Assembly: GCF_004010195.1 (NCBI RefSeq)
Contig: NC_057741.1
Coordinates: 17,773,899-17,837,898 of the forward strand
Source: Chiloscyllium plagiosum
Lineage: Eukaryota
Length of the DNA: 64,000 bases
Direction: 5' to 3'
In this document: in pieces, positions 48,886 to 60,640 of the stretch
How the letters are laid out: each line of letters starts with the position of its first letter
Position numbering within the stretch: position 1 is the stretch's first letter
The notes under the pieces: model-generated
What the model saw: only the letters and a program-made list of their open reading frames with translations
Database searches by the model: none
Told to the model about the DNA's origin: nothing
Position numbers and translations under genes: made by a program

Positions 48886-49925
48886 ATGAATTGAATTGAA
48901 TTGAATTTATTGTCACGTGTACCAAGGCACAGTGAAAAGCTTTATCTTGTGGGCTATACAGGTAGATCACAGAGTTAAGTGCATAGATAGTAAATAATTT
49001 GTAAACAGCGGCATAAACAAGAACACAGGACAGGTGAATGCTAAGAGTTTGAGAGTCCATTCAGTATTCTAACAACAGTAGAGTAGAAACTGTTATGAAA
49101 CTGGCTGGTGCATGTTCAGGCTTCTGTACCTCCTCCCTGATGGTAGAGGTTGTAGAAAAACAATGCCAGGGTTAGATGGATCTTTGAGAATGCTGGCGGC
49201 CTTTCCTTGACAGTGGGCAGGGTAGATGAATTCTATAGATGGGAGGTTGGCCTTTGTGATTGCCTGTGCCGAGTTCACCACTCTTTGTAACCGTCTCTGA
49301 TCTTGAATGATGCAGTTGCCTTACCAAGTAGTGATATGTCCAGGCAGAATGCTCTTGATGGCACACCTACAAAAGTTGGCAAGGGTATTCGCCATCATGC
49401 CAAATTTCCTCAGCTGCTGAGGAAGAAGAGACATTATTGGGCCTTTGTAACCAGTTCGTCCACATGAAAGTCCAAGAAAGCTTGCTATGGATTGCCACTC
49501 CCAGGAGCTTGACACACTCCACTCATTCCATCTCTGTGCTGTTAATGAGTAGGGGGGCATGAGTAACATCCCACCAAAAGTCAATAATGAGTTCCTTGGT
49601 TTTGCCGGCATTGAGAGCTAAGTTGTTCTCAGTGCACCATTTTTCCAGGTCTTCCACCTCCAGTCTGTAGTCTGTTTTGTCGCCATCTGAGATTCGATAG
49701 ACTATGGTGGTATCATCAGCAAACTTGTAAAAGGCATTAGTCAGGTATTTGGCGACACAGTCATAGGTATACAGTGAGTACAGAAGGGGGCTGAGAACAC
49801 ACCCTTGGGGCACTCCAGTGTTGAGTGTTAGTGAAGATGAAATATTGTCCCAAGTCTTCATTGATTGCGGCTTTTAGGTCAGGAAACTGAGGATCCAGTT
49901 GCAGAGAATAAGGCTTAGTCTGAGA
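48886..49925 (-). mobile_element. Rex1/Babar LINE, 5'-truncated RT and 3' end with (ATTCA)n tail
   Basis: LNTGVPQGCVLSPLLYSLYTYDC, YKFADDTTIV, WCTENNLALNAGKTKELIIDF, LPSGRRYRSL; (tgaat)n at 48887-48906. Confidence 0.88.
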
Positions 49926-50634
49926 AGAACTTTAATTACGAGATAAAATAGATTTTATGAAAAACATAGAAGTTACAGCAGTTTAATGAAATAGATAGTG
50001 TTGAATTAACTGAATTCCATTTTATAATTCGAATAAGCATATTTATGTTGTAAAGTTAGAAAGAACATGTACAAATCAGGCTGTGACCACATCCTTTTCT
50101 CACACACAGTGTGAAAACTTGCTCCCATAAACTGTGAACAGAATTAATACATTATGTACAAATTAAAGAATAATGTAGTGTGCTGGAGTGAATAAAATTC
50201 TTATTCTTTTAATGAGTTCCTTCGAAATAGTACAGAATGTCCTTTGGCTCTGCAAGATTTCTTGAATTAAATAGATTAATAGCACTGTGACAAATGATGA
50301 GGTTAAGTCTGATAACCCCAAAAACAGGCATGGGGATCAATATATGTGGTTAATGTGCAACTGTTCATTGCGCTGCAAGTGGGTTTTTATATTTTATTCA
50401 TCTTTGGGATGCTGGCAAGTTCAGTATTTATTGCTCAGGTGATAATTGCCCTCCAGATGGGTGCTGAGCCACCTTTCTAAACCACTGCAGTCCAAATGGC
50501 ATAGACACATAGTTTGATGTAGTTGGATATGGATTAAGCAGGCTGTTTTGGCTTGGACAGTGTAGAGCTACGTCAGTGATGGTGAAGGTACATTCATCTG
50601 GGTATTCCACTTTACACTTGACTTGTGCTTATAG

Positions 50635-50725
50635 ATGAAAGTGAGGACTGCAGATGCTGGAGATCAGAGTCGAGAATGTGGTGCTGGAAAAGCACAGCAG
50701 GTCAGGCGGCATCTGAGGAGCAGGA
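50635..50725 (-). mobile_element. Short PLE terminal fragment
   Basis: aaagtgaggactgcagatgctggagatcagagtcgag...gaggagcagga. Confidence 0.75.
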
Positions 50726-52049
50726 TGTCATCCCTGATTGAATCTGTTGGATCAGGTTGTGGTGGGGTGGGTGGTGGTCCGAAGGTATGCTTTACCTGCG
50801 AATGGAGAAACTCTAGAGATGATGTTAGCTGCTGAAAGTATCTTTGCATTTCTTCTCTCATTCCTTCCTTGCCAAGGTGGGTATCAGTACGAAGACAGTC
50901 ACACATTTAACGACACTAAATTGTATTTGCCTATTTCAACATTTTTTGAATTCTTGAAGTCTGTTACTCTGTTCACTATTTATGATACTATCAAGTTTTA
51001 TACAATCCATAAACTTCTAAATTGTACTGCCTAAACAATTGTACTGCCATAAACAACAATCAATGGTCCTAAAATCAAATCCTCGGGTACCTCATTCAGG
51101 TTGTTCAAAAATTATTTTCCTTTAATAAATTGATATTTGGCTAATGTAAAAGCTGTCAGGGTAAGTATTCCAAAAGTCTGGAACAGCAAGAAAACAATAA
51201 AATGTTTCCTGTGCTTTCGCAATTGAAGAGGCAGTTTCAGTTCAGATTTAAATCTCAAATGTTTGTGGGAAACAAATGTTGAACATTTTAAAATATGTTC
51301 TCCAAATGAAACTTTGTAAATAAAACAGTCGGAATTAGAGTAGCAACTTTGGTAGAGATCAACATTCAATTTGCAATATGAAGGGGGCCAATGAAGTCTT
51401 AACAATAATTAACAGAATTTAAACAGCTCAGCCTCAAGTTCTGATGTTCTCTTGAATCTTAACAAAACATCAAACTCAAAATGCACTCTTTTTGTGAACA
51501 TTCTGCATTAAAAATACAGCAGTAAAGATATTTTAATACAATACTCTCACCTGGCTAAAGCATGACCACTAACCCAACTGTTTTTTGTTTAAAACAGACA
51601 TTGTACAATTTCAAACAAATCAGGGGCTCAAGGCACTCAATCAATTTGTTTTAAGGTTACAAGTTTGATAATTTTAAAAAGGACGTAATGTTGTACAATT
51701 TCAATGTAAAAACAAAATCTGTCCCACTACACAACCCACAAAACACATTGAATTGAGATCCTGATTCAAACAAGGCAAAACAGTTACCTAAAAGGATTTT
51801 CTGAACCAGTATTTTAACAAACCAAAAATTTTAAACATCAAGCACTCTCAGTATGGCACAATTTACATTGAAACTTCCCCACTCGATCCAAGTATTAGTA
51901 CAACCTTAACTTCAGTGTTTGCTCAGTTTCTTTGCACCCTCTCAATGAAATTACACTTATAAAAAGAGAAAATGCAGCAGACCACATGGCACCACAGTCC
52001 AAGCCACTCTTTTCCCCCAGGACAAAGACTCGCAGAGCCTCAACTTTTG

Positions 52050-52790
52050 CCACTAGGGGACTTTAACCCTTTCTTACTTTACTCCTCACAGGGGCTTGAA
52101 CCCCATTTAAACACAAAGAACTTGAACCCCAATTAAACACAGAGAACTCGAACCTCAATTCACAGAATCTCTACAGTGTGGAAACAGGCTCAACAAGTCC
52201 ACACCAACCCTCCAAAGAGAAACCCACCCAGACCCATTCCCCTACTACTCTACATTTTACCCCTGACTAATGCACCTAACCTACATATCCCTGAACACAT
52301 TGGGCAATTTAGCACAGCCAATTCACCTGTCCTACACATCTTTGAATTGTGGGAGGAAGTCAGAGCACCTGGAGGAAACCCACCAGACATGGAGAGAATG
52401 TGCAAACTTCACACAGACAGTCGCCTGAGGCTGGAATCAAATCAGAGTCCCTGTGCTGTGAGGCAGCAGTGCTAGCCACTGAGCCACCATGCTGCCCCAA
52501 ATTAAACACAGAAAACTTGAACCCCAATTAAATGCAGAAAACTCGAGCCTTGCTTAAACACAGAGCCCGAACCATGCTTGAACATAGAAAGCTCGAACCT
52601 CAGCACAGTGCAGAGGACTTGAACCTCAAATCAGCCCACCCGGTAGACTCAAATGCCAGTATTGCACAGAGGGCTTGAACCTCAACCAAACCCACCCCAG
52701 GGGACTCAAATCCTAGTACCGTGCAGAGGACTCAAACCTCAACCACACCCCCCTCCCTCCAATGCAGCACAGAGGACTTGAACCTCTGCC
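52050..52790. repeat. Degenerate ~26-bp tandem repeat (core RRRCTYGAACC), interrupted by an HE1 SINE
   Basis: ~14 cores, e.g. 52092, 52118, 52144, 52513, 52563, 52589, 52615, 52671, 52728, 52774. Confidence 0.75.
52164..52498 (-). mobile_element. HE1-type SINE
   Basis: agaatctctacagtgtggaaacagg ... ccactgagccaccatgctgccc. Confidence 0.85.
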
Positions 52791-52801
52791 TGCCAGCTCA
52801 C

Positions 52802-52980
52802 CTGCGAAACTCTCTCTCGACTGAACTAATTACTGTTTGAGGAATCTACAGAATACAGAGTGATTGAACAATGGGACAGTCAGCGGCACACAGGAATATC
52901 GAGGAGAATTAAGGTTTAAAATCTTAGCTTGTGGGCCCGTTTGTCGAGACACTGATGTTCCAGGCAGCTGCTGAAACCAT
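52802..52980 (-). other. Putative non-coding first exon / promoter-proximal region of the minus-strand gene
   Basis: Strong donor CGCAG|GTGAGC at 52802/52801; locally raised CpG density in unique sequence; no ORF; 5' end not defined. Confidence 0.35.
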
Positions 52981-53022
52981 CCTATCGTAACTATTCGTTT
53001 GGATCCTGCTGACTATGCCAAT

Positions 53023-53172
53023 ATTGTTGTTCTGTTTCCCCCACCCCCACTGTCAAAGCAAAATGCTCAGAAACACAGAGTAGTTTTACCTCCATCGTCT
53101 TTATTCTGGGTCCTGGAGGGAGAGAGAACGATCGCTCATGTGCACAGAGACATGAGTTCATGGTCTTTTCTT
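53023..53172 (-). mobile_element. LTR fragment homologous to 27161-27305
   Basis: Shared caaaatgctcaga...tctttattctggg.cctggagggagagagaacgatc.c.catgtgcacagagacatgagttca. Confidence 0.7.
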
Positions 53173-53194
53173 ATTTTAAAGGCAAATTGGTGCC

Positions 53195-54495
53195 CTTAAT
53201 ATGTGCTCCTTCTTCTCCAACCGTGGCTTCCCACCTACAGTTGTTGACAGGGCTCTCGACAGCATGCGGTCCATCTCCCGCGCCATGACCCTCATCCCCT
53301 CCCTCCCCTCACAGAACAAGGATAGAGTCCCTCTTGTTCTCACCTTTCACCCCACCAGCCTTCACATGCAAAGAATAATCCTCCACCATTTTCGTCAACT
53401 CCCAACACGACGCCACCACTAAACACATCTTCCCTTCCCTCCCCGTCTGCATTCCGCAGAGATCGTTCCCTCCGAGACAACCTAGTCCACTCCTCCATCA
53501 CAACTAGCACCTCTCCCATCACACACGGCACCTTCCCATCACACCTAACTCCTCTCCCATCACACACGGCACCTTCCCATGCAATCGCGGAAGGTGCAAC
53601 ACCTGCCCCTTTACCTCTTCCATGCTCACCATCCAAGGCTCCAAACACTCATTTCAGATTAAGCAGCATTTCACTTGTACTTCTTTCAATTTGGTCTATT
53701 GCATTCGTTGCTCCCNNNNNNNNNNNNNNNNNNNNNNNNNNNNNNNNNNNNNNNNNNNNNNNNNNNNNNNNNNNNNNNNNNNNNNNNNNNNNNNNNNNNN
53801 NNNNNNNNNNNNNNNNNNNNNNNNNNNNNNNNNNNNNNNNNNNNNNNNNNNNNNNNNNNNNNNNNNNNNNNNNNNNNNNNNNNNNNNNNNNNNNNNNNNN
53901 NNNNNNNNNNNNNNNNNNNNNNNNNNNNNNNNNNNNNNNNNNNNNNNNNNNNNNNNNNNNNNNNNNNNNNNNNNNNNNNNNNNNNNNNNNNNNNNNNNNN
54001 NNNNNNNNNNNNNNNNNNNNNNNNNNNNNNNNNNNNNNNNNNNNNNNNNNNNNNNNNNNNNNNNNNNNNNNNNNNNNNNNNNNNNNNNNNNNNNNNNNNN
54101 NNNNNNNNNNNNNNNNNNNNNNNNNNNNNNNNNNNNNNNNNNNNNNNNNNNNNNNNNNNNNNNNNNNNNNNNNNNNNNNNNNNNNNNCCCATCCCCCACA
54201 TATTTTGTCACATAGCACTGGCTTCAGCCTTGGTCATTCACCGCTCCTAATCTCCCTATAATCTCTCTATGCACTGTCATTATCACCTACCTTTGCTTCA
54301 GGAGCCATGACTCACCTTCTCTCAGCCTAGAATAAATACCTCCCTATTTCTCCCTTTTTTTTAGCTTTAACAAAGGGTCAGTTAGACTCAAAACGTCAGC
54401 TCTTTTCTCTCCTTACAGATGCTGCCAGACCTGCTGAGATTTTCCAGCATTTTCTCTTTTGGTTTCAGATTCCAGCATCCGCAGTAATTTGCTTT
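53195..54495 (+). mobile_element. Penelope-like element 3' part (thumb, GIY-YIG start, 3' terminus) spanning the assembly gap
   Basis: FFSNRGFP, VPLVLTFHP, CNR.RCNTCP, HFTCTSFNLVYCIRC; after the gap a PLE terminus with a variant hammerhead at 54363-54401. Confidence 0.8.
53716..54187. other. Assembly gap (472 N)
   Basis: Run of n. Confidence 1.
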
Positions 54496-54499
54496 TAAA

Positions 54500-56145
54500 T
54501 TCAAACAGAGATTCTTACAGGCAGGAGGGAACAGCATCCAAGAGAGAGATTTCAGAAGGAAATTCTTTACTCAACTCAACTTGGAATTCCCCTAGACTCA
54601 CATATCTTGTAACTGCTACAGTTAAAAGCAAAGTAGAAAAACCTGAACTGGGAGAATTGGCCACTGCTCTAAACTAGATTTTTCAGCACCTCTGCCTTTA
54701 GGATCTTTCTTCAAAAAAACCAAGGACATCATCGTCACACCTCCTCCTTAAAAAAAAGAACTTTATTTTAAACCCCTTAGTCTTACTGTTAGTACACTAC
54801 AACATATATATTACATTGCCTCTAGGCATATAAACATTCACTATTACATTCTATTTCAGTCTGTTTACTCCTGCCACCGAATGCCTCCATCCTTCTTCAT
54901 TCCAGTCTTGACTACGCATCGACAATTATATTTTCCTGTCCTACCACGTGTATAATTTTCAAACTTAATGGGTACAATAATAAGCTACATCTAAACAGTC
55001 TGGAATTTTTGTCCTTCAATTTCTCCAAAAACTTTAATGGGTTATGATCAGTATATATAATTGTCTCAGTCACATTACTGGCAATATAAATTTTAAAATG
55101 TTGTAATGCCAACTCCAAGCACAAGGTCTCCTCCTCAATTGTGAAATATTTCTGTTGATGAAATATTCAATAGGTCTTTCTATCTTTCATCATCATCTCG
55201 TAAGAGCACAGCACCAACACCTATATAACTCGTATCAAAGGCCTTGTATCGTATCATAATTGAATGACTTTGCGTAGTTAGGTGTGGCTAATACTGGGGC
55301 AGTGGTTAACACAGCTTTCAGGCTGTCAAATGCCTTCTGACATTCCTCCACCACTGAAATTTTCTGCACTTCTTCAATAAGTCAGTGAGTGGAACAGCCA
55401 CATTGCTAAAATTTGGCATGAATTTCCGATAAAACCCAATGAATCCCAGGAATTGTATTACTGCTCTCTTTGTCAATGGTATGGGTAACTCTCCAATTAC
55501 CTTTGTTTTCACATTCCATGGGTCCACCTGTCCATGTCCGATAAAATGGCCCAGGAACGTAAATTGGGCTTTGGCAAATTCATTCTTAGTCATACTTATC
55601 ACCAAGTCTACCTTGAAAAGTTGATCAAATAATTCCATTAAGTGCTACAAATGATCCTTCCACGTGTGACTAAAACTCACCAAGTCGCCAATGTATACCA
55701 CACAATTGGGTAATCCAGAAATAACTTTGTTGGTTAGTCTTTAAAATGTGGCTGGCACATTTTTCATATCAAATGATATGACTTTAAGTTGATGCAGTCC
55801 ATTTATTGTTATGAAAGCTGAAATTGTCTTTGCTGTTTCAGATAAAGATCAGTATCCTCTGCAAAACTCCAATTTAGGAATATAAGTTACTTATCCCACC
55901 TTCTCAATACAGTCTTCCAAGTGTGGAATTGGATATGAATCAGACTTTGTAATTGCATTGACTTTTCAATAATCTACACACAACCAATGGGTACTATCTG
56001 GTTTTGGCACTATTACTATGGGTGAGCTCCAGTCACTGCAACTCACTTTGATTATGTTGTCTTGGGTCATGCATTCAATTTCATTTTGAACCTATAACAA
56101 CTTTATGGGGTTAGGTCTTTAAGGATGTTGCTTAATTGGAAGCTG
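54500..56145 (-). mobile_element. Gypsy (Gmr1-like) LTR retrotransposon: RT-RNase H, PPT and partial 3' LTR
   Basis: SDWSSPIVIVPKPD, LCVDY.KVNAITKSDSYPIP, FLGHFIG, FLGFIGFYRKF.PNFS..AVPLTDLLKK, IYTDHNPL, GQENIIVDA; PPT AAGGAGGAGG (54749-54740) then TGTGACG at 54739. Confidence 0.85.
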
Positions 56146-56409
56146 GATGCTACTTTTCACACCAGCTTCCAAAGTAACATACAAACCCTTCCTCTCTTCT
56201 ACAACATTGCATCAGGATTGCTGAGGCACTGCCCTGGGACAGTGGCGGTAGCTCCATGAAACAGCCTGTTATTTTCTGTCATGATAGCAGCGTTCCTACT
56301 CTCATCCATGCCACTCTGCCAATGCTTTTGCTGCTGCCTCTCAGCCAAACAGCCCAGATTCCCACCAACTGAGCTGTAGATTGAGGTCATATAGGCTCAA
56401 AGGTAAGAC

Positions 56410-57090
56410 TATAACACCATAAGAAATTGTAAAATAAGTCAGCTATCCAGCCCCTCAAGCCCACTCACCATTCCATAAAATTCTGGCTGATCCAACATTC
56501 CTCATGTCCACTTACCTGCCCTTTCCTCATAACCTTTGATTCACGTATTGATCAAGAATCTATCCATCTCAACCTTAAATAGGCACAGGCCTCTTCCCCC
56601 ACAGCTTTCGGTAGCAAGGAGTGTCAAAGACTCTCAATCCTCTGAGACACAAAATTCTTCCTCATCTCTGTCTTAAATTGGCACCTCCTTATTCTGAGAC
56701 AATGTCCTCTGATCCTAGACTCTTTCCTGAGAAGAAACATCTTTTCAGGATTTACCCTGTCAAGCTCTTCAAGAATTCTACACAATTCAGTGAGATCACC
56801 TCTCATTCTTCTAAACTCCAGTGAGAAAAGTCCAAACCTGCTGAGCCTTTGCTCATAAGACAATCCCTCCATACTGGGATCATCCTAATGAATCTTCTCT
56901 AAGCTGTCTCCAACAAAATAATACCTTTCCTTAAATAAGGGGACCAAAACCACTCAGAGTACTTCAGATGTGGTCTCACCAGTATCTTGTAAAGTTGCAG
57001 TAAGACTTCCCTACTCTATACAGTACTGCACCACCCTTAAAATAAGGACCAAGATTCCATTAGCCCTCCTGATTACCTGCTGAACCTACT
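56410..57090 (-). mobile_element. CR1 3' fragment
   Basis: MEGLSYEQRLSRFGLFSLEFRRMRGDL..ESRIRGH..FKTEMRKNFVSQR. Confidence 0.85.
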
Positions 57091-57619
57091 TGAGAATATC
57101 CACCAAAGTCAGCGATAGTCTCAACTGGAGATCAGCAGTTTTTCACCAGCTTTGCTCCAGTTACTTAAATACTATACTGTTGTTCCTGATCCTTTCAAAT
57201 AGCACCAGGGAGACCTTTCAATCTGTTTAACATCAACTGAGATGGACAGGGTTAAGACAGGGAAATGCGTGTAAAGTTGGAATATGATGTTGACATCACA
57301 TCAGTATCACCACTGTAGTATTACTTTGAATTGGATACTGCCTTGTCACAGATTCAAGATCAAGCCAATCTGATCTTTCACCTTCTCTGCTGGCCTCTCT
57401 CACCAACTGACAGATCAAGTCTGTCAATCAGGAATCATGCTGACTTCTAAACAGGGACCCAGTCATGGATGAAGATCTTGACTTCCAGGGTTCCATGAGC
57501 TATCAGATACCCTGATCCTCCTGTATCAGAATATAAACATTTCTGCCTTTATTTTACATTAGTCAGACAACGGATTAGCTACTGAAGGTAGACGTTAATG
57601 AAAATAGATTGCAGACAGT

Positions 57620-57969
57620 AGAATCATAGAATCCCTACAGTGTAGAAACAGAGTTAAAAATCACACAACACCACGTTATAGTCCAACAGGTTTAATTGGA
57701 AGCACACTAGCTTTCGGAGTGACACTCCTTCATCAGGTGCTACCACTCTACATTTCTCCTGACTAATAACTTTAGCCTACACATCCCTGAACAATATGAA
57801 CAATTTAGCATGGCCAATTCACCTATCCTGCATATCTTTGGACTGTAGAAGGAAACCCACACAGATAAGGGGAGAATGTGCAAACATCACACAGATAGTT
57901 GCCTGAGGCTGGAATTGAACTCTGGTCCCATGAGGCAGCAGTGCTAACCACTGAGCCACCGTGCTGCCC
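57620..57969 (-). mobile_element. HE1-type SINE with nested PLE terminus (57651-57740)
   Basis: agaatccctacagtgtagaaaca|gagttaaaaatcacacaacacc... insertion; head gggcagcacggtggctcagtgg. Confidence 0.85.
57704..57740 (-). ncRNA. Minimal type I hammerhead ribozyme (different PLE subfamily)
   Basis: GCAC-CUGAUGA-A-GGAGU-GUC-ACUCC-GAA-AGCU-A-GUGU; palindrome AGCU, CUA triplet. Confidence 0.65.
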
Positions 57970-58621
57970 AACTTGGAAACTTGGCAGAATTTCAGTGTCA
58001 ACTTGGGAACACTTACCTTTGTGGCAGCAACGTTAAACAGAAGTTATTTATGCTAGTTTTCCAAACTTGAACCTTTAAAATTCCCTTGTGTTTTTTAGGT
58101 CAATCCTGCTCAGTCTCTCGTGGTCTCATTAACACATATGATAATGAAGGCCAAAGGCACTGCAGCTTCAAGCTTCCTGATTTTGCACTTGCAAAGTAGT
58201 CAGGCTATGTGCATTGAGAATTACAAGGCTCAGCCATTGGTAGTTTGTGAGCCTGAAGACTGCATAAAATTTCAAAGGGTATTTTCACAGCTTGAGATAA
58301 TATTGTGCAATTATTTTGTTTTGTTCACATTTGGCTGACAAGTCGCACCTAACTGCTTGTGACGCTGTGCAACTATGCAATTTTCATGCTGGTATTTTCC
58401 CATCATAGTTATCACAAGCAGGTATAACATTTTCAATGATCATATTCTTATGTGCCACTGTCACACAGAAGGAAGAAAAGCAGAATGGGACGGAAGAAAT
58501 GAGAGTCAGGAAGCACTTAAGGAAGATGGCCTTCCATCAGATATTAACATTCCTCTCAAGAACACGCTTTAGGCAAAACATAGCACACCCTCATTCACAC
58601 CCCACCCGCAATTTTGAAATA

Positions 58622-58880
58622 CAATTTAAAGGAACCTGAGGAGCAGCTTGTTCACACAGAGGGTGGTGCATGTATAGAATGAACTGTCAGAAGAAGTGGC
58701 AGATTCAAGTACAATTACAACATTTAAAAGGCATTTGGACAGATACATGGATAGGAAAGGTTTAAAGGGATCTGGACTAAATGCAGGTAAATTAGACAAT
58801 AGGTCAGTTTAGGAAACCTGGGTTGGCATGGACGAGTTGTGTTGAAGGGTCTGTTTCTGTTCTGTATGACTATGAGTCTA
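58622..58880 (+). mobile_element. CR1 3' UTR fragment
   Basis: ttcacacagagggtggtg...catttaaaaggcatttggac...gggtctgtttctg. Confidence 0.75.
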
Positions 58881-59381
58881 TCCTAAGGGGTGTCTGGGAT
58901 ACAGCTGCAATAGCAGATGTGGATCCGATATTCTCTAGCAGAATCAGTACAAGAGCTTGGTGTACATGGATCTGAAAAGGTTAATGGTGAGGAGTGCCAT
59001 AAGCATCACCTCTATGACACTTAACAAAACAGCTTTGAATCTTGAAAGAGTGAGATCAAACATCTTGTTCTCCTCAAAGTCTCTGTAATAATGCAACCTG
59101 AACCACCTGCCAACATGCAAAATAAAATCCTGTTAACTACAGGACACTCTCCTAGTCAGACCAGGAGGTGCTAAATAAGTGTAATTTTCTGCACCTAACG
59201 AGGACATGGCAGGAACCTTCATCATGAGCAGCAGCTCATACAGTCTGGTGTGTTGGCATCCTCATATACAGAGGGCTTCAGCAGACATGAACCTGCGCAA
59301 AAGCTGAAGGATCTACTGTGCCTAAAAGAGAAAATCTGAACCAGTGGATGAAATGAGAATTAGCTGGGATGACAAAACGAA

Positions 59382-59920
59382 AAGGGCCTTGGTGAGGCTA
59401 CGCTTCAAGTATTACCTGCCGCTTTGGTCTTCCTACATAAGAAAGGATATACTTGTCATAGACTGAGTTCACTAGGCCAATGTTGGGGCCTGGGGACTGT
59501 ATGATTGTCCTAGAAGGAAAACTGGTCTAGAAGGGATTGGATTTAGAAGGATGCGAGGGAATATGATTGAACCGTATAAAAGTCTAATCAGGGCTGGACA
59601 GATTAGATGCAGGAAGGATGTTTTTCTGGTTGGGGCATCGAGAATCATGGGTCACAGGATATAGGCGAGTCCATTTAGGACTGAAATGAGGCCACATTTT
59701 CTCTCTCAAAGTTTAGTGAACCTATGGAATTGTCTGCCACAGATGGCTGTGGAAGTCAAGTTGCTAAATATATTCAAGAAAGAGATCAATCATTTTTTAG
59801 ATATTAAAAGGTATCAAACGGTATGGAGAAAACTCAGGGGCATGGCATCAGCATGATCATACTGAATGGTGGAGAAGTCCTGAAGGGCTGAATGGCCTAC
59901 TCATGCTCCTAGTTTCTACA
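59382..59920 (+). mobile_element. Old CR1 3' fragment
   Basis: ggccttggtgag, tttaggactgaaatgagg and gaagggctgaatggcctactc motifs. Confidence 0.65.
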
Positions 59921-60517
59921 CTTCTGTGCTCCAAAAAGGTGGGTGCAATCAACAACAGGGAGAAACAGGAAAAATGAGATCAAAACCAGCTTTTAATTAA
60001 TCCCATCAGTATTACAACATGTCAAAAATTCTTTGTGGTTTGTAAAGTACTTTGGGATGCCTGAGCTCCCAAACATATTTTGATCATTTAAAACATTTAA
60101 ACATTCTGAGGTGAGTCCTGTTATTCTGCACCTAAGAAAACCCAAAATGACTCTGCAGATTCAATTGGACTATCCAATCTGAGGACAAAGTAAAAAGCAA
60201 AAACACAAGAGTTACATTCTTCATCTATTTTTGGACTGTTGGATCCAATGTTAATTGTTATTAACTGGACTGAGTATACAAAGGGGGAACATTCACAAAG
60301 ATCTGCTGCTCCACTTCTCTCATATGTAACAACTAAATATTTTACCTTGAAATTCTGCAAGAATTCTGATGGAGAGTTTTCAGAGCACCCACAGAAATAG
60401 CACAAAGTTAACAGACTTGGGGTTTACCCATTTCTTCTGGCTTTTTGCCAATTTGTTGCTACAGTCATGATCAAGATCAGGCCAGTACAGATTATTTCAA
60501 TATCTATGTAACTGAAG

Positions 60518-60640
60518 AACTCTTGTGGGGCAGTGATAATGTCCCGACTCTGGACCGAGAGACCTGGGTTCAAATCTCATTTGCTCCAGAGATGTCTAAT
60601 AACATCTATGAACAGGATGATTGGGAAAAATAGGTTAAAT
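60518..60640 (+). mobile_element. tRNA-derived SINE head
   Basis: tcttgtggggcagtgataatg A-box-like and gggttcaaatc B-box; related copy at ~48335-48570. Confidence 0.5.

Noticed and set aside
50664-50906. Peptide QRYFQQLTSSLEFLHSQ resembles protein kinase subdomain VIa
   Set aside because: No HRD, DFG or other kinase exons found; too short to distinguish from chance
52050-52790. CRISPR-like repeat/spacer appearance
   Set aside because: Units are degenerate and short with related spacers; vertebrate context and no cas genes. It is a minisatellite
53622-54250. Long ORFs of 171-197 aa in the track
   Set aside because: Artefacts of translating the N gap
60345-60470. Minus-strand exon-like segment with donor AAG|GTAAAA as first coding exon
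   Set aside because: The phase-1 frame contains a TGA and the phase-0 frame lacks an ATG; at most non-coding and unsupported
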